64,000 nucleotides of DNA from the NCBI GenBank assembly GCA_963697335.1, contig CAVONQ010000002.1, positions 192,001-256,000 of the forward strand, written 5' to 3'. A program made the position numbers and the translations under genes. The notes under the pieces are model-generated. The model worked only from the letters and a program-made list of their open reading frames with translations. It did not search any database and had not been told where the DNA came from. The stretch comes from an uncultured cyanobacterium (GTDB lineage: Bacteria; Cyanobacteriota; Cyanobacteriia; PCC-6307; Cyanobiaceae). Positions 1-11,668 of this stretch are shown here, piece by piece (within the stretch, counting starts at the first letter, position 1; every line of letters begins with the position of its first letter).

Positions 1-60
1 CGCACTGGCGGCGGATCCACAGCTGCAGGCCCGCCGCCAGCAGCTGCAGCAGGGGCCCGC

Positions 61-972
61 TCATGCTCCGTCGCCGGCCAGCCAGGCGGCGGCCACGCTG
101 GCCGGCTGGTCGATGTGGGGCAGGTGGCCGCAGTTCTCCAGCTCCCGCACCCGCTCCCCGAGCAGGGCCAGGGCGGCGCGTTTCTGGGGCAGCCGCAGGA
201 TGCGGTCGTCGGCTCCCCACAGCACCGCGATCGGTTGCGGGGGCAGGGGAGCGCCGCAGCCGGCGAAGCCCCCCGAGCGGGCGAAGCGCCCCAGCGCCGG
301 GCCCCAGCCCGGCGCGGCCAGGTGCAGCGAGGCGATTTCCAGTTCGGCGGGGCCCACATCCCGATCGGGATCGGCGAAGGCGCTGCGGCAGAGGCCCTTC
401 CTCACGCCGGGCAGGGCCAGGAAGCGCACCCCGAGCCCATCCAGCAGCGGCGGCAGGGGCATGGGCCGGCCGGTGAGGCCGGCGGGGGCCAGCAGCAGCA
501 GGCGGCTGATCTGCTCGGGGTGGCGGCGGGCCAGTTCGACGGCCACGGAGCCGCCCATCGAGGCGCCGATCAGGCCGATCGCTGTGGCCTCCTGGCTGCG
601 GCTGGCGATGGCCGTCAGCAGGGCCGTGAGGTGCTCCAGCACGGCGGCGGGGCCGTAGCGGGCCTGGGCCGGACGGGGACAGAAGCCGAAGCCGAACAGG
701 TCGGGAATGAACAGCTGATGGCGCTGGGCCAGCCGTGGGGCGATGCGCCGGAACTCCAGAAAGGAACTGTCGAAGCCGTGCAGCAGTAGCAGCGGTGGCC
801 CCTGGCCCAGCACCGCCACGGGCCAGAGGTCGGGCAGCCCCTGCAGGGGCCACCACTGCACGGCCTGGGCCAGGGCGCGGCCCTGGGGATCGAGCAGCTC
901 CCGGGAAGCCTGCTCCACCAGGGCCTGGGAGCTGAGTTCAAGCGGGCTGCTGGTCTCGGTGCTGGCGCTCAC
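61..972 (-). CDS. alpha/beta fold hydrolase
   Basis: LLHGFDSS oxyanion motif, GASMGG nucleophile elbow, C-terminal GHLPH. Confidence 0.85.
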   Translation of the reverse strand: MSASTETSSPLELSSQALVEQASRELLDPQGRALAQAVQWWPLQGLPDLWPVAVLGQGPPLLLLHGFDSSFLEFRRIAPRLAQRHQLFIPDLFGFGFCPRPAQARYGPAAVLEHLTALLTAIASRSQEATAIGLIGASMGGSVAVELARRHPEQISRLLLLAPAGLTGRPMPLPPLLDGLGVRFLALPGVRKGLCRSAFADPDRDVGPAELEIASLHLAAPGWGPALGRFARSGGFAGCGAPLPPQPIAVLWGADDRILRLPQKRAALALLGERVRELENCGHLPHIDQPASVAAAWLAGDGA

Positions 973-2165
973 GCCGCGACCCGCTCGCCGCAGCGGGTGC
1001 TCACCAGGGCGGCCATCAGATCGATGGGGCTGACGCTGAAGGGCAGGTGGTGCAGGTCGGAGCCGGGGGCGCAGGCAAAGGCGCAGGCCTGTTGCAGTTG
1101 CTCCAGGGTGGCCTGGCCCAGCCCCAGATCGGCCAGATCAGCGGGCAGGTCGAGCTGGCGGAACAGGGGCAGCAGCTGACGCCGGGCCTGGCCGGCCAGC
1201 TGGTTGCCCCCGAGCACTTCCTCCAGCCGCAGCTGCACCAGGATCCCGACGCCCACCTTCTCGCCATGCAGGGCGCCATGGCTGGCGCTGAGCTGGGTGA
1301 GGCCGTTGTGGACGGCGTGGGCGGCCACGGTGCGGCAGCGGGCCCCGCCGATGCCGCCGATCAGGCCGGCGGTGAGGCCACAGGCCTCCGCCACCCGTAC
1401 CCAGGCCTCGCTGCTGGGGTCCAGCAGGGCCTGCTCGGCGTCGAAGAGCAGCTGGTCGCGCAACACCCGGGCCATCTGCACGGCCTGCTGAATCAGTCCG
1501 TCGCTGCTGGCCGCGGAGCTCACCGAGGCCTCGTACCACTTGGCCAGGGCGTCGGCGATGCCGCTGGCCAGGGTGCGGGCCGGGGCGGTGCGCACCAGGG
1601 CGTGGTCGAACACGAGCAGCTCGGGACAGCGCTCCAGCTCCACATCGCGCTCAAAGGCGCCCTCCGGGCTGTAGATGTTGGCCAGGGCCGTCCAGCCGGC
1701 GCAGGTGGCGGCGCTGGTGGGCACGGTGACGCAGGGCAGGCCGTGGCGGTGAGCCAGCAGCTTGCCGGCATCGAGCACCTTGCCGCCGCCGCTGACGATC
1801 ACGGCATCGGGTCGGCCCTCGCTGCCGCCGGCAGCCAGGCTGCGGCCCAGGCGCTCCAGGTCCAGCTCGCAGCAGTCGTGCTCCAGCTGCTCCAGCTGTG
1901 GCTCCACATCCACCTGGCGCAGGCTCTGCTCCAGCTTCTGCCGCAGGGGCAGCGTGGCGGCCCCTCGCCCCAGCAGCAGGGGGCGGCGGCAGAGGCGGGC
2001 GATGCGGGGCAGGGCCTGCTGCCAGGCCCCCTCCCCGCGCAGCACCTCGCCGGGGGCGATCCTGTGGGCCTGCAGTCCGGTCGCGGCCGACGGAGCGGCA
2101 ACCGCTGCCTCGAGGGCTGGGCTGGCGGGCTCCTCAGAGCCGCGGCGGGAACGCTGGCGCATCAA
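969..2165 (-). CDS. gldA: glycerol dehydrogenase-like / iron-containing alcohol dehydrogenase family
   Basis: GGGKVLDAGK, VPTSAATCA, AHAVHNGLT and HGEKV motifs; true start may be slightly downstream. Confidence 0.8.
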   Translation of the reverse strand: MMRQRSRRGSEEPASPALEAAVAAPSAATGLQAHRIAPGEVLRGEGAWQQALPRIARLCRRPLLLGRGAATLPLRQKLEQSLRQVDVEPQLEQLEHDCCELDLERLGRSLAAGGSEGRPDAVIVSGGGKVLDAGKLLAHRHGLPCVTVPTSAATCAGWTALANIYSPEGAFERDVELERCPELLVFDHALVRTAPARTLASGIADALAKWYEASVSSAASSDGLIQQAVQMARVLRDQLLFDAEQALLDPSSEAWVRVAEACGLTAGLIGGIGGARCRTVAAHAVHNGLTQLSASHGALHGEKVGVGILVQLRLEEVLGGNQLAGQARRQLLPLFRQLDLPADLADLGLGQATLEQLQQACAFACAPGSDLHHLPFSVSPIDLMAALVSTRCGERVAA

Positions 2166-2256
2166 ACCATCGTAACGACGATTTCAACCGCCCAGCTGTC
2201 CAGCCGGGCGGTTGAAATCGGGTGCCTCTGCAGGGAGACACCCAGAGGGAGCGGCT

Positions 2257-4806
2257 TCAGGCGCCGGCCCCGGCCAGTTCGGGCATCACGGGCAGGGCAC
2301 TCTGCTTGCGGATCACCACCTGTTTGTCGTCGCCCACATCGACCAGGGCGGAATCCCCCTCGCTGATCCGTCCCGAGAGGAACTCCTCGGCCAGGGAGTC
2401 TTCCAACAGGCGCATCACGGCCCGGCGCAGGGGACGGGCGCCGTAGGAGGGGTTGTAGCCCTCTTCCACCAACCGTTCCTTGAAGGCTTCGGTGACCGAG
2501 AGGTGGATGCCCTTGTCGTCCATGCGCTGGAACACCTCCTTGAGCATGATCTCGGCGATCTCTTTCACCTCGTCGCGGGTGAGTTGGCGGAAGACGATGA
2601 TCTCGTCGAGACGGTTGAGGAACTCAGGGCGGAAGTACTGCTTCAGCTCCTCATTCACCAGCGAGCGGATGCGGTTGTACTGGGTGTCCTCGGCAGCACC
2701 GCCGGAGAACTCGAAGCCCAGTCCGCCGCCACCCTTCTCGATCACCTTCGAACCGATGTTCGAGGTCATGATGATCAGGGTGTTCTTGAAGTCCACCGTG
2801 CGGCCCTTGGAGTCGGTCAGACGACCGTCTTCCAGCAGCTGCAGCAGCAGGTTGAACACATCCGGGTGGGCCTTCTCGATCTCGTCGAACAGCACCACGG
2901 TGTAGGGCCGGCGCCGCACCGCTTCGGTGAGCTGGCCGCCCTCGTTGAAGCCCACGTAGCCCGGAGGCGAACCGATCAGCTTGCTGACCGTGTGGCGCTC
3001 CATGAACTCGGACATGTCGAGGCGGATCATCGCCTCCTCACTGCCGAAGAAGTAGGCCGCCAGCGACTTGGTGAGCTCGGTTTTGCCGACGCCGGTGGGA
3101 CCGGAGAAGATGAAGCTGGCGATCGGCCGGTTGGGGTTCTTGAGACCCACCCGGGCGCGGCGAATGGCGCGGGACACCGCCTTGACGGCTTCGTCCTGGC
3201 CGATCAGCCGCTGGTGGAGGGTTTCCTCCATGTTCAGCAGCTTGGCCGACTCGCTCTCGGTGAGCTTCTGTACGGGCACCCCGGTCCAGGAGGCCACAAT
3301 GTGGGCGATGTCCTCCTCGGAAACCATCGGAGACCGGTCGGGATCGGCGTGACCGATGAAGGAAGGCAGGCTGCCGATGTCTGAATCCGAACTCCCGGCG
3401 TCACCGGCCTGGGGTTCATCGTCCTTGCGGGCCTGCAGGATCGTGCGGATCTGATCGCGCAGCTCCACCTCGCGGTCGCGCAGTTCGCCTGCTTTGGTGA
3501 AGTCCTGCTCGCGCACGGCCTCCTCTTTCTGCTTCTGCACACCGCGCAGCTGCTTGTCCACTTCCTTGGCGGCAGGGGGCAGCTTGGAGTTCATCAGCCG
3601 CACCCGACTGCCGGCCTCATCGATGAGGTCGATGGCCTTGTCCGGCAGGAAGCGGTCGGAGATGTAGCGATCGCCCAGGGTGGCCGCGGCGACCAGGGCT
3701 TCGTCGGCGATCTTGAGGCGGTGGTGCTCCTCATAGCGCTCCCTGAGGCCGCGCAGGATCTCGATCGTGTCCTCCACGGAGGGCTCGCCCACCATCACGG
3801 GCTGGAAGCGACGCTCCAGGGCCGCATCGCGCTCGATGTGTTTGCGGTATTCGTCGAGGGTGGTGGCGCCGATGCACTGCAGCTCCCCACGGGCCAGGGC
3901 TGGCTTGAGGATGTTGGCGGCGTCGATGGCCCCTTCGGCGGCGCCGGCGCCGATCAGGGTGTGCACCTCGTCGATCACGAGGATCACGTTGCCGGCCCCC
4001 CGGATCTCCTCCATGATTTTTTTGAGGCGCTCCTCGAACTCACCGCGGTACTTGGTACCGGCCACCAGCAGGCCGATGTCCAGGGTGAGCACCCGTTTGT
4101 CCTCGAGGATGTCGGGGATGTCGCCGGTGTTGATGCGCTGGGCGAGGCCCTCGGCGATGGCGGTCTTGCCGACGCCAGGCTCGCCGATCAGAACGGGGTT
4201 GTTCTTGGTCCGGCGCCCCAGGATCTGGATCACCCGCTCGATCTCCTTCTGCCGGCCGACCACCGGGTCGAGCTTGCCGTCGGCCGCCTGCTGGGTGAGG
4301 TTGCTGCCGAACTCATCCAGGGTGGGTGTCTTGGTGGAGCCCTTGCTGCCACCGCCGGCGGCCACTTCGGCCGTCTCGCCCAGCATGCGGATCACCTGGG
4401 TGCGCACCTTGGCCAGGTCGACACCGAGGTTCTCGAGCACCCGGGCGGCCACGCCCTCGCCCTCCCGGATCAGGCCCAGCAGCAGGTGCTCGGTGCCGAT
4501 GTAGTTGTGGCCCAGCTGGCGGGCCTCCTCCAGGGAGAGCTCCAGCACACGCTTGGCCCTGGGGGTGAAGGGGATCTCCACCGCCACGAAGCCAGAGCCG
4601 CGGCCGATGATCTTCTCCACCTCGACGCGGGCGTCCTTGAGGTTCACGCCCATGGACTTGAGCACCTTGGCCGCTACGCCGGTGCCCTCCCCGATCAGGC
4701 CCAAAAGGATCTGCTCAGTGCCAACAAAGTTGTGACCAAGGCGGCGGGCCTCTTCCTGGGCCAGCATGATCACCTTGATGGCCTTCTCGGTAAACCGCTC
4801 GAACAT
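2257..4806 (-). CDS. clpC: ATP-dependent Clp protease ATP-binding subunit ClpC
   Basis: [31 protein letters not shown] start; two Walker A motifs ([16 protein letters not shown]). Confidence 0.98.
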   Translation of the reverse strand: MFERFTEKAIKVIMLAQEEARRLGHNFVGTEQILLGLIGEGTGVAAKVLKSMGVNLKDARVEVEKIIGRGSGFVAVEIPFTPRAKRVLELSLEEARQLGHNYIGTEHLLLGLIREGEGVAARVLENLGVDLAKVRTQVIRMLGETAEVAAGGGSKGSTKTPTLDEFGSNLTQQAADGKLDPVVGRQKEIERVIQILGRRTKNNPVLIGEPGVGKTAIAEGLAQRINTGDIPDILEDKRVLTLDIGLLVAGTKYRGEFEERLKKIMEEIRGAGNVILVIDEVHTLIGAGAAEGAIDAANILKPALARGELQCIGATTLDEYRKHIERDAALERRFQPVMVGEPSVEDTIEILRGLRERYEEHHRLKIADEALVAAATLGDRYISDRFLPDKAIDLIDEAGSRVRLMNSKLPPAAKEVDKQLRGVQKQKEEAVREQDFTKAGELRDREVELRDQIRTILQARKDDEPQAGDAGSSDSDIGSLPSFIGHADPDRSPMVSEEDIAHIVASWTGVPVQKLTESESAKLLNMEETLHQRLIGQDEAVKAVSRAIRRARVGLKNPNRPIASFIFSGPTGVGKTELTKSLAAYFFGSEEAMIRLDMSEFMERHTVSKLIGSPPGYVGFNEGGQLTEAVRRRPYTVVLFDEIEKAHPDVFNLLLQLLEDGRLTDSKGRTVDFKNTLIIMTSNIGSKVIEKGGGGLGFEFSGGAAEDTQYNRIRSLVNEELKQYFRPEFLNRLDEIIVFRQLTRDEVKEIAEIMLKEVFQRMDDKGIHLSVTEAFKERLVEEGYNPSYGARPLRRAVMRLLEDSLAEEFLSGRISEGDSALVDVGDDKQVVIRKQSALPVMPELAGAGA

Positions 4807-4968
4807 GGGGCGGGGCCTGGTGCAAGTTCACCCAACCTATCAGGGTTGACTGGGTGGTGTGGTTACGGGGAGGCCAGTTCGCAAAAGCCAGTGGTGGCAA
4901 GAAGCTGAACGCTTTTAAGTGCAACTCAGTGCAGCAAATTGGAGCTTCTGTGCAATAAGAAAAGCCGG

Positions 4969-5541
4969 TTATCCGCACCGGTCGATCGTGTTGTCCGCTC
5001 GATCGCCCCGGGCCGGCTCCACAAGCGAGAGCCATTGGATCAGGGCCGCCTCGCCGTTGCGGTAGTAATCGCGACGCCTGCCGCGGCTGCTGAACCCCAG
5101 GGCCCCATACAGGCCCAGGGCGGCCCGGTTCCCCTCGCCCACCTCCAGGGTGGCGGCCCTGGCACCGCTGCTGCGGCCCTCCGCCAGCAGGGCCTGCAGC
5201 ACCTGCCCCCCCAGGCCCCGGCGCCGTTGCTGCGGCCGCACCGCCACCAGGGTGATGTGCAGCTCATCGACGATCAGCCAGCCGCAGGCCATCGCCACCA
5301 GGGCGTCCTCCTGCCAGAGCCCCACCGCCGTGCGTGCCTGATCGGCCAGTTCCGTCTGCCACTGGGCAGCGCTCCAGAGCTGGCCCAGGGCGGCGGCGTC
5401 GAGGTCCTGGCAGGCCGCCAGGTGCTCGGGCTCCAGGGTGCTGAGCCGCAGGCCCCGGTCGGCGCCGGCTTGGCCATGGCTCCCCTGGCCACCGTCACCA
5501 GGCTCGCCGGGTCCGCTGCTGACTCGATCTCTTCCGTACAT
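4969..5541 (-). CDS. rimI: RimI-like GNAT N-acetyltransferase
   Basis: ELHITLVAV..QRRRGLG, ATLEV..N..ALGLY..LGF...GRRRDYY; start uncertain. Confidence 0.8.
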   Translation of the reverse strand: MYGRDRVSSGPGEPGDGGQGSHGQAGADRGLRLSTLEPEHLAACQDLDAAALGQLWSAAQWQTELADQARTAVGLWQEDALVAMACGWLIVDELHITLVAVRPQQRRRGLGGQVLQALLAEGRSSGARAATLEVGEGNRAALGLYGALGFSSRGRRRDYYRNGEAALIQWLSLVEPARGDRADNTIDRCG

Positions 5542-5579
5542 TCGTCTGTGTCGTCGCGCACCCGACCTGCGGTCTTCCC

Positions 5580-7010
5580 ATGGTGATGTCCAGCGAGCCC
5601 GTCACCGGGACTGATCCAGCGCCCGGTCAGATCCCCCAGGCGGCGGTGGCCCAGCAGCCCTTCGAGAGCGGCTGTGACGCCAGCAGCCCCAACCGCAACC
5701 TGGCGCCGATCAGCACCAGCCTTGACGCCGAGGGTCGCCTGGTGGTGGGGGGCTGCCGGCTGAGCGATCTGGCCCGCACCTACGGCACGCCCCTCTATGT
5801 GCTGGATGAGGCCACCCTGCGGGCCAGCTGCCGCGCCTACCGCGATGCCCTGGCCGCCTCCTATCCCGGCCCCTCCCTGGCCCTCTATGCCTCCAAGGCC
5901 AACAGCTCCCTGGCGATCACCGCCCTGGTGGCCCAGGAAGGTCTGGGGCTCGATGCCGTGTCCGCCGGGGAACTGCTCACCGCCCTGGGCGGGGGCATGC
6001 CGCCGGAGCGCATCGTGCTGCACGGCAACAACAAGAGCCTGGAGGAGCTGGCCCTGGCCGCCCAGGCGGGCGTCACGGTGGTGGTGGACAACTGGCGCGA
6101 CATCGAGTTGCTCAGCGCCCTGGCCCCTTCCCTGGCGGAGCCGGTGCGGCTGATGCTGCGCTTCACGCCGGGCATCGAGTGCCACACCCACGAGTACATC
6201 CGCACCGGCCACCTGGACAGCAAGTTCGGCTTCGACCCCGAGCAGTTGCAGCAGGTGCTGAGCCACCTGGCCGGCTGCAGCTGGGCCCGCCTCACCGGCC
6301 TGCACGCCCACATCGGTTCCCAGATCTTCGAACTCCAGCCCCACCACGACCTGGCCGCCGTGATGGCCGACGCCCTGGCCCAGGCCCGGGGCCTCGGCCA
6401 CCCGGTGAGCGACCTCAATGTGGGCGGGGGCCTCGGCATCCGCTACGTGGCCGGCGACGACCCGCCGACCATCCAGGCCTGGGTAAGCACGGTGGCCGAG
6501 GCGGTGGCGGCGGCCTGCCGCGACCGGGGGCTGGACCTGCCGCGCCTGCTGTGTGAGCCGGGCCGCTCCCTGGTGGCCACCGCCGGCGTCACCGTCTACG
6601 AACTCGGCAGCCGCAAGGCCATCCCCGGCCTGCGCACCTACCTCTCCGTGGATGGCGGCATGAGCGACAACCCCCGCCCGATCACCTACCAATCGCAGTA
6701 CACAGCCCTGCTGGCGGACCGGCCCACCGCCGAGGCCAGCGAGACGGTGACGGTGGCGGGCAAGCACTGCGAATCCGGCGATGTGCTGCTGCCGGAGATC
6801 GCCCTGCCGCCTGCCACCAGTGGCGACCTGCTGGCGGTGTTCGCCACCGGCGCCTACAACGCCTCGATGGCCTCCAACTACAACCGCATCCCGCGGCCGG
6901 CGGCGGTGCTGGTGCACGAGGGTCTGGCGGAGCTGGTGCAGCGCCGGGAGCAGCCGGAAGACCTACTGCGCTACGACGTTCTGCCAGCGCGCCTGACGCC
7001 GGTAACCTGA
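5580..7010 (+). CDS. lysA: diaminopimelate decarboxylase
   Basis: YASKAN PLP-lysine, HIGSQI, CEPGRSLV, GKHCESGD motifs. Confidence 0.97.
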   Translation: MVMSSEPVTGTDPAPGQIPQAAVAQQPFESGCDASSPNRNLAPISTSLDAEGRLVVGGCRLSDLARTYGTPLYVLDEATLRASCRAYRDALAASYPGPSLALYASKANSSLAITALVAQEGLGLDAVSAGELLTALGGGMPPERIVLHGNNKSLEELALAAQAGVTVVVDNWRDIELLSALAPSLAEPVRLMLRFTPGIECHTHEYIRTGHLDSKFGFDPEQLQQVLSHLAGCSWARLTGLHAHIGSQIFELQPHHDLAAVMADALAQARGLGHPVSDLNVGGGLGIRYVAGDDPPTIQAWVSTVAEAVAAACRDRGLDLPRLLCEPGRSLVATAGVTVYELGSRKAIPGLRTYLSVDGGMSDNPRPITYQSQYTALLADRPTAEASETVTVAGKHCESGDVLLPEIALPPATSGDLLAVFATGAYNASMASNYNRIPRPAAVLVHEGLAELVQRREQPEDLLRYDVLPARLTPVT

Positions 7011-7019
7011 CGCCGAGAA

Positions 7020-7862
7020 TTGGGTTCAGGCGTGACCGGGCCGTGGCTGGAAGGTTGGCTTCGGCTGCTGGATCTGCGTCTGTTGATCGATCTGGTCTGC
7101 GCCACGGCCCTGGGCATGGTGGTGCTGGGGCGGGTCACGGAGGCACGGACGCTGTGGCTGCTGCGGGGCTACCTGCTGCTGGTGGCGATGGCCTGGCTGG
7201 TGCAGCGCTTCGCCAACCTGCCCCTCACCACCAAGCTGGTGGATGCCCTGGTGCTGGCCTGCAGCCTCGCCCTGGCGATCCTCTGGCAGGGGGAGCTGCG
7301 GCGGCTGATGGAACTGCTGGGTACCGGCCGGCTGGGACTGCTGTTCGGCGACCGCAACCGCGATCAGCTGATGTCCAGCTCGGTGGGGGTGCTGAGTGAG
7401 GCGGCGGGGCGGCTCTCCCAGGCGCGGCGGGGCGGCCTGATCGTGGTGGACCTGGGCAGCGACCTGCGCCCCGAGGATTTCCTCAGCCCCGGCCTGGCCA
7501 TCGATGCCCAGCTCTCGGTGGACCTGCTGCTCAACCTCTTCGCCGCCGACACTCCCCTCCATGACGGCGCGGTGCTGGTGAAGGGCAACCGCATCCTGGC
7601 GGCGGGGGTGATCCTGCCCCTCTCCCGCCAGGGGATGAACCGCTACGGCACCCGCCACCTGGCCGCCATCGGCCTCACGGAGCGCTTCGATCGCTGCCTG
7701 GCGATCGTGGTGTCGGAGGAGACGGGCACCCTGGCCCTGGCCAGCCAGGGCCGCCTGGAGCGGCCGATCACCAGCAGCCGCCTTCATGATCTGCTCACCC
7801 GGGCGTTGGCCCAGTCCAGCGGGCGTACCGTGACCAAGGACACGCCGGATTCCCGCGGATGA
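7020..7862 (+). CDS. cdaA: diadenylate cyclase CdaA
   Basis: three N-terminal TM helices, LHDGAV and GTRHLAA DAC motifs, VVSEETG. Confidence 0.92.
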   Translation: MGSGVTGPWLEGWLRLLDLRLLIDLVCATALGMVVLGRVTEARTLWLLRGYLLLVAMAWLVQRFANLPLTTKLVDALVLACSLALAILWQGELRRLMELLGTGRLGLLFGDRNRDQLMSSSVGVLSEAAGRLSQARRGGLIVVDLGSDLRPEDFLSPGLAIDAQLSVDLLLNLFAADTPLHDGAVLVKGNRILAAGVILPLSRQGMNRYGTRHLAAIGLTERFDRCLAIVVSEETGTLALASQGRLERPITSSRLHDLLTRALAQSSGRTVTKDTPDSRG

Positions 7863-8635
7863 GTCGCGCTCTGGCGACCAGCAGCACAAGGCACACCCAT
7901 CCTTTGCCGGCTGGGCTGGATCCCGCCCGGCTGCCGGCCCATGTGGCGGTGATCATGGACGGCAACGGCCGCTGGGCCCAGCGGCGCGGCCTGCCCCGGG
8001 TGGTGGGCCACCGGGCCGGCGTGGAAGCCCTCAAGCGCACCCTGAGGTTCTGCAGCGACTGGGGCGTGGGCGCCCTGACGGCCTACGCCTTCTCCACCGA
8101 AAACTGGAACCGGCCCGGCGAGGAGGTGAACTTCCTGATGGCCCTGTTCGAGCGGGTGCTGCAGCGGGAGATCGAGGGCCTGGAGCGGGAGCAGGTGTGC
8201 ATCCGCTTTCTGGGCGATCTGGAGCCCCTGCCCCTGGGCCTGCAGAACCTGATCGCCCAGGCCACCGCCCGCACCGCCGCCAGCACCGGCATCCGCTTCA
8301 ACGTGTGCACCAACTACGGCGGTCGGGCTGAGCTGGTGCGGGCAGCCCGGCGCCTGGCGCAGCGTGCCGCCCAGGGGGAGCTCGACCCCGCCAGCATCGA
8401 CGAGCAGTGCTTCGCCGCCGAACTGCACACCGCCGGCCAGCTGGATCCAGACCTGCTGATCCGCACCAGCGGCGAGCACCGCATCAGCAACTTCCTGTTG
8501 TGGCAGCTGGCCTACGCCGAGCTGCACATCACCGACGTGCTCTGGCCTGATTTCGACGGCGAGGCCCTGCACGCCGCCCTGCTGGACTACCAGAACCGGC
8601 AGCGCCGTTTCGGCGGCGTGGACCCGGCCCCTTGA
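7859..8635 (+). CDS. uppS: undecaprenyl diphosphate synthase (isoprenyl transferase)
   Basis: [39 protein letters not shown]. Confidence 0.97.
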   Translation: MSRALATSSTRHTHPLPAGLDPARLPAHVAVIMDGNGRWAQRRGLPRVVGHRAGVEALKRTLRFCSDWGVGALTAYAFSTENWNRPGEEVNFLMALFERVLQREIEGLEREQVCIRFLGDLEPLPLGLQNLIAQATARTAASTGIRFNVCTNYGGRAELVRAARRLAQRAAQGELDPASIDEQCFAAELHTAGQLDPDLLIRTSGEHRISNFLLWQLAYAELHITDVLWPDFDGEALHAALLDYQNRQRRFGGVDPAP

Positions 8636-8699
8636 GCACGCCCCCTTCCGGCGTCCCGACCGCCCACTCTTCCCGCCCTGTCCTTTCCCCTGTCCTGCC

Positions 8700-9689
8700 T
8701 TGCCCACCTCCGTGACCCTCCGCCACGACTGGACCCGCGCCGAGATCCAGGCCCTGCTGGAGGCGCCGCTGATGGAGCTGCTCTGGCAGGCCCAGCAGGT
8801 GCATCGCCAGGCCAACCCCGGCTACCGGGTGCAGCTGGCCTCGCTGCTGAGCGTCAAGACCGGCGGCTGTGAGGAGGACTGCGCCTACTGCCCCCAGTCG
8901 ATGCACCACAGCGCCGATGTGAGCGGCCGGCCCGAGCTCGCTGTCGAGCCGGTGCTGGCCCGGGCCCGGGCGGCCAAGCAGGCCGGCGCCCACCGCTTCT
9001 GCATGGGCTGGGCCTGGCGCGAGATCCGCGACGGCGCCCCCTTCGAGGCGATGCTGCAGATGGTGCGGGGCGTGCGCGAGCTGGGCCTGGAGGCCTGCGT
9101 GACCGCCGGCATGCTCAGCGACGCCCAGGCCACCAGGCTGGCCGAGGCGGGCCTCACCGCCTACAACCACAACCTCGACACCAGCCCGGAGCACTACGAC
9201 CGCATCATCAGCACCCGCACCTACCAGGAGCGGCTCGAGACCCTGGAGCGGGTGCGGCGGGCCGGGGTGACCCTCTGCTGCGGCGGCATCATCGGCATGG
9301 GGGAGGCGCTCAGCGACCGGGCCGGGCTGCTTGAGGTGCTGGCCAACCTCGATCCCCACCCCGAGAGCGTGCCGATCAACGCCCTGGTGGCGGTGGAGGG
9401 CACGCCGCTGCAGGAGCAGCCGCCGTTGGATCCGCTCGAGCTGGTGCGGATGGTGGCCACGGCCCGGATCCTGATGCCCAACAGCCGGGTGCGGCTCAGT
9501 GCCGGCCGCCAACAGCTCAGCCGCGAGGCCCAGATCCTCTGCCTGCTGGCCGGCGCCGATTCGATCTTCTACGGCGACACCCTGCTCACCACCGGCAACC
9601 CCGACGTGGCCGCCGACCAGGCCCTGCTCGCCGCCGCCGGCGTGACGGTGGAGGGGGCGGTGCCCGCTGCCGAGCTGTGCCCTGTCTGA
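8700..9689 (+). CDS. bioB: biotin synthase
   Basis: [11 protein letters not shown] radical-SAM motif, [21 protein letters not shown]. Confidence 0.97.
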   Translation: MPTSVTLRHDWTRAEIQALLEAPLMELLWQAQQVHRQANPGYRVQLASLLSVKTGGCEEDCAYCPQSMHHSADVSGRPELAVEPVLARARAAKQAGAHRFCMGWAWREIRDGAPFEAMLQMVRGVRELGLEACVTAGMLSDAQATRLAEAGLTAYNHNLDTSPEHYDRIISTRTYQERLETLERVRRAGVTLCCGGIIGMGEALSDRAGLLEVLANLDPHPESVPINALVAVEGTPLQEQPPLDPLELVRMVATARILMPNSRVRLSAGRQQLSREAQILCLLAGADSIFYGDTLLTTGNPDVAADQALLAAAGVTVEGAVPAAELCPV

Positions 9690-9699
9690 GCCGCTCCCC

Positions 9700-10659
9700 A
9701 TGGGCCTGAGCCTGGCCGCCTTCTACCGCTTCGCGGCCTTCGATCCGGCGGAGCTGCCGCCGCTGCGCCAGCGCCTGCTGGCCTGCGGCGAGGCCGGCGG
9801 GGTGCGGGGCACGGTGCTGCTGGCGCCGGAGGGGGTGAACGGCACGGTGAGCGGGCCAGCCGAGGCGGTGGAGGCGCTGCTGGTGCTGCTGCGGGCCGAT
9901 CCGCGCCTGGTCGCCCTGGAGGTGAAGCGGGCCGAGGCGCCCCAGCAGGCCTTTCACCGGCTCAAGGTGCGGCTCAAGCGCGAGATCGTGACCATGGGCG
10001 ATGCCTCCCTGCGGCCCTACCTGGCGGCGGCGGTGGGCCGCCACGTGGCGCCCGATCAGTGGGAGGCCCTGATTCAGGATCCAGACACCCTGGTGGTGGA
10101 CACCCGCAACGCCTACGAGGTGGCCCTGGGCAGCTTTGACGGCGCCATCGACCCCGGCACCTCCAGCTTCCGGGAGTTCCCCGCCTGGGTGGAGCAGCAG
10201 CTGGGGCCCCTGGTGGAGCAGCGCCGCCCCAAGGCGATCGCCCTGTTCTGCACCGGTGGCATCCGCTGTGAGAAGGCCACCGCCCACCTGCTGCAGCAGG
10301 GTTTTGAGGGGGTGCACCACCTGCATGGCGGCATCCTGCGCTACCTGGAGGAGCGGCCGCAGCAGGGCAGCAGCTGGCGGGGGGAGTGCTTCGTGTTCGA
10401 CCAGCGGGTGGCCGTGAATCACCAGCTGGAGCCGGGTGAGGCCAGCCTCTGCCACGGCTGCCGCATGCCCCTCACCGCCGCGGACCGCCAGCTGCCCAGC
10501 TACACCGAAGGGGTGAGCTGCCGCCACTGCGTCGACCGGCAGGGCAGTGCTGATCGGGAGCGCTACGCCGAGCGCCAGCGGCAGATGCAGCTGGCCCGCC
10601 AGCGGGGCGAGGATCACCTCGGCCGGCGCTTTCCGGTGCCGCCCAGCGGCGGTGGCTGA
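9700..10659 (+). CDS. trhO: rhodanese-related sulfurtransferase / tRNA uridine hydroxylase TrhO family
   Basis: EGVNGT, RLKVRLKREIV, DTRNAYE, FCTGGIRCEKA, CFVFDQRV. Confidence 0.88.
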   Translation: MGLSLAAFYRFAAFDPAELPPLRQRLLACGEAGGVRGTVLLAPEGVNGTVSGPAEAVEALLVLLRADPRLVALEVKRAEAPQQAFHRLKVRLKREIVTMGDASLRPYLAAAVGRHVAPDQWEALIQDPDTLVVDTRNAYEVALGSFDGAIDPGTSSFREFPAWVEQQLGPLVEQRRPKAIALFCTGGIRCEKATAHLLQQGFEGVHHLHGGILRYLEERPQQGSSWRGECFVFDQRVAVNHQLEPGEASLCHGCRMPLTAADRQLPSYTEGVSCRHCVDRQGSADRERYAERQRQMQLARQRGEDHLGRRFPVPPSGGG

Positions 10660-11668
10660 AGCGCGGCCGATCCTCTACAGCTTCCGCCGCTGTCCCTACG
10701 CGATCCGGGCGCGGCTGGCCCTGGCGGCGGCGGGGCTGGTGCCCGGCGTGGATCTGGAGCTGCGGGAGGTGAGCCTCAAGGTCAAGCCGCCGGAGCTGCT
10801 GGCGGCGTCGGCCAAGGGCACCGTGCCGGTGCTGGTGCAGGGGGAGCAGGTGATCGAGGAGAGCCTGGCGGTGATGGCCTGGGCCCTGGGGCGCCGGGAT
10901 CCCCAGGGCTGGTTGCAGGGCTGGAGCGCAGCCGAGGCCGCCGCCATCGAGGCGCTGATCGCGGAGAACGACGGGCCGTTCAAGTACCACCTGGACCGCT
11001 TCAAGTACGCCGGCCGGTTCGGCGCCGAGGGGGAGCAGGAGAACCATCGCCAGGCGGCCCTGGCCATCCTGCGCCGCTGGAGCCGGCACCTGGAGCCCGG
11101 CGGCTGGCTGCTGGGCGAGCGGCCGTCCCTGGCCGACATGGCCCTGCTGCCGTTTGTGCGCCAGTTCCGCCTGGCTGACCCGCAGCGCTTTGACGCCGAA
11201 CCGAGGCTGCAGCCCCTGCAGGCCTGGCTGGACCGCTTTCTGGCAGGAGCGGAGCTGGCGGCGGTGCTGGATCCGCCCTGGGCGGCCCGCCAGGCCTGGT
11301 GGTCGCCCGGCTGGCTGTATCACCTGGCCCTGGGCCCGGAGTGGCAGGCGGCGCAGGCCGCGGGCGTCTACCGCCGCTCCACCCGCGGCCGCTCGCTGGA
11401 GCAGGTGGGATTCATCCACCTCAGCCAGGCCCACCAGCTGGCGGCCACCCATGGCCGCTTCTATGTCGACCTCGACCCCGCCGAGCTGAAGCTGCTGGTG
11501 CTCGACCCCGCGCGGCTGGCGGCAGCGGGCGCGGTGGTGCGCCTGGAGCCAGCACCGGGCAGCGGTGAGCTGTTCCCCCACCTGCACGGGCCGCTGCCGC
11601 TGGAGGCGGTGCTGGCCGCCTGGCCCTGGCGATCCGAGGATGGCCCAACCCAGAGCTCACGATGGTGA
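10652..11668 (+). CDS. glutathione S-transferase fused to C-terminal DUF952 domain
   Basis: GTG at 10652 overlapping the upstream stop; PILYSFRRCPYAIRARLAL GST N-domain; C-terminal LYHLAL..EW...GFIHLS...GELFPHLHGPLP. Confidence 0.85.
   Translation: MAEARPILYSFRRCPYAIRARLALAAAGLVPGVDLELREVSLKVKPPELLAASAKGTVPVLVQGEQVIEESLAVMAWALGRRDPQGWLQGWSAAEAAAIEALIAENDGPFKYHLDRFKYAGRFGAEGEQENHRQAALAILRRWSRHLEPGGWLLGERPSLADMALLPFVRQFRLADPQRFDAEPRLQPLQAWLDRFLAGAELAAVLDPPWAARQAWWSPGWLYHLALGPEWQAAQAAGVYRRSTRGRSLEQVGFIHLSQAHQLAATHGRFYVDLDPAELKLLVLDPARLAAAGAVVRLEPAPGSGELFPHLHGPLPLEAVLAAWPWRSEDGPTQSSRW

Noticed and set aside
5580..8635. lysA-cdaA-uppS operon as a novel c-di-AMP link
   Set aside because: Well-known conserved cyanobacterial arrangement.
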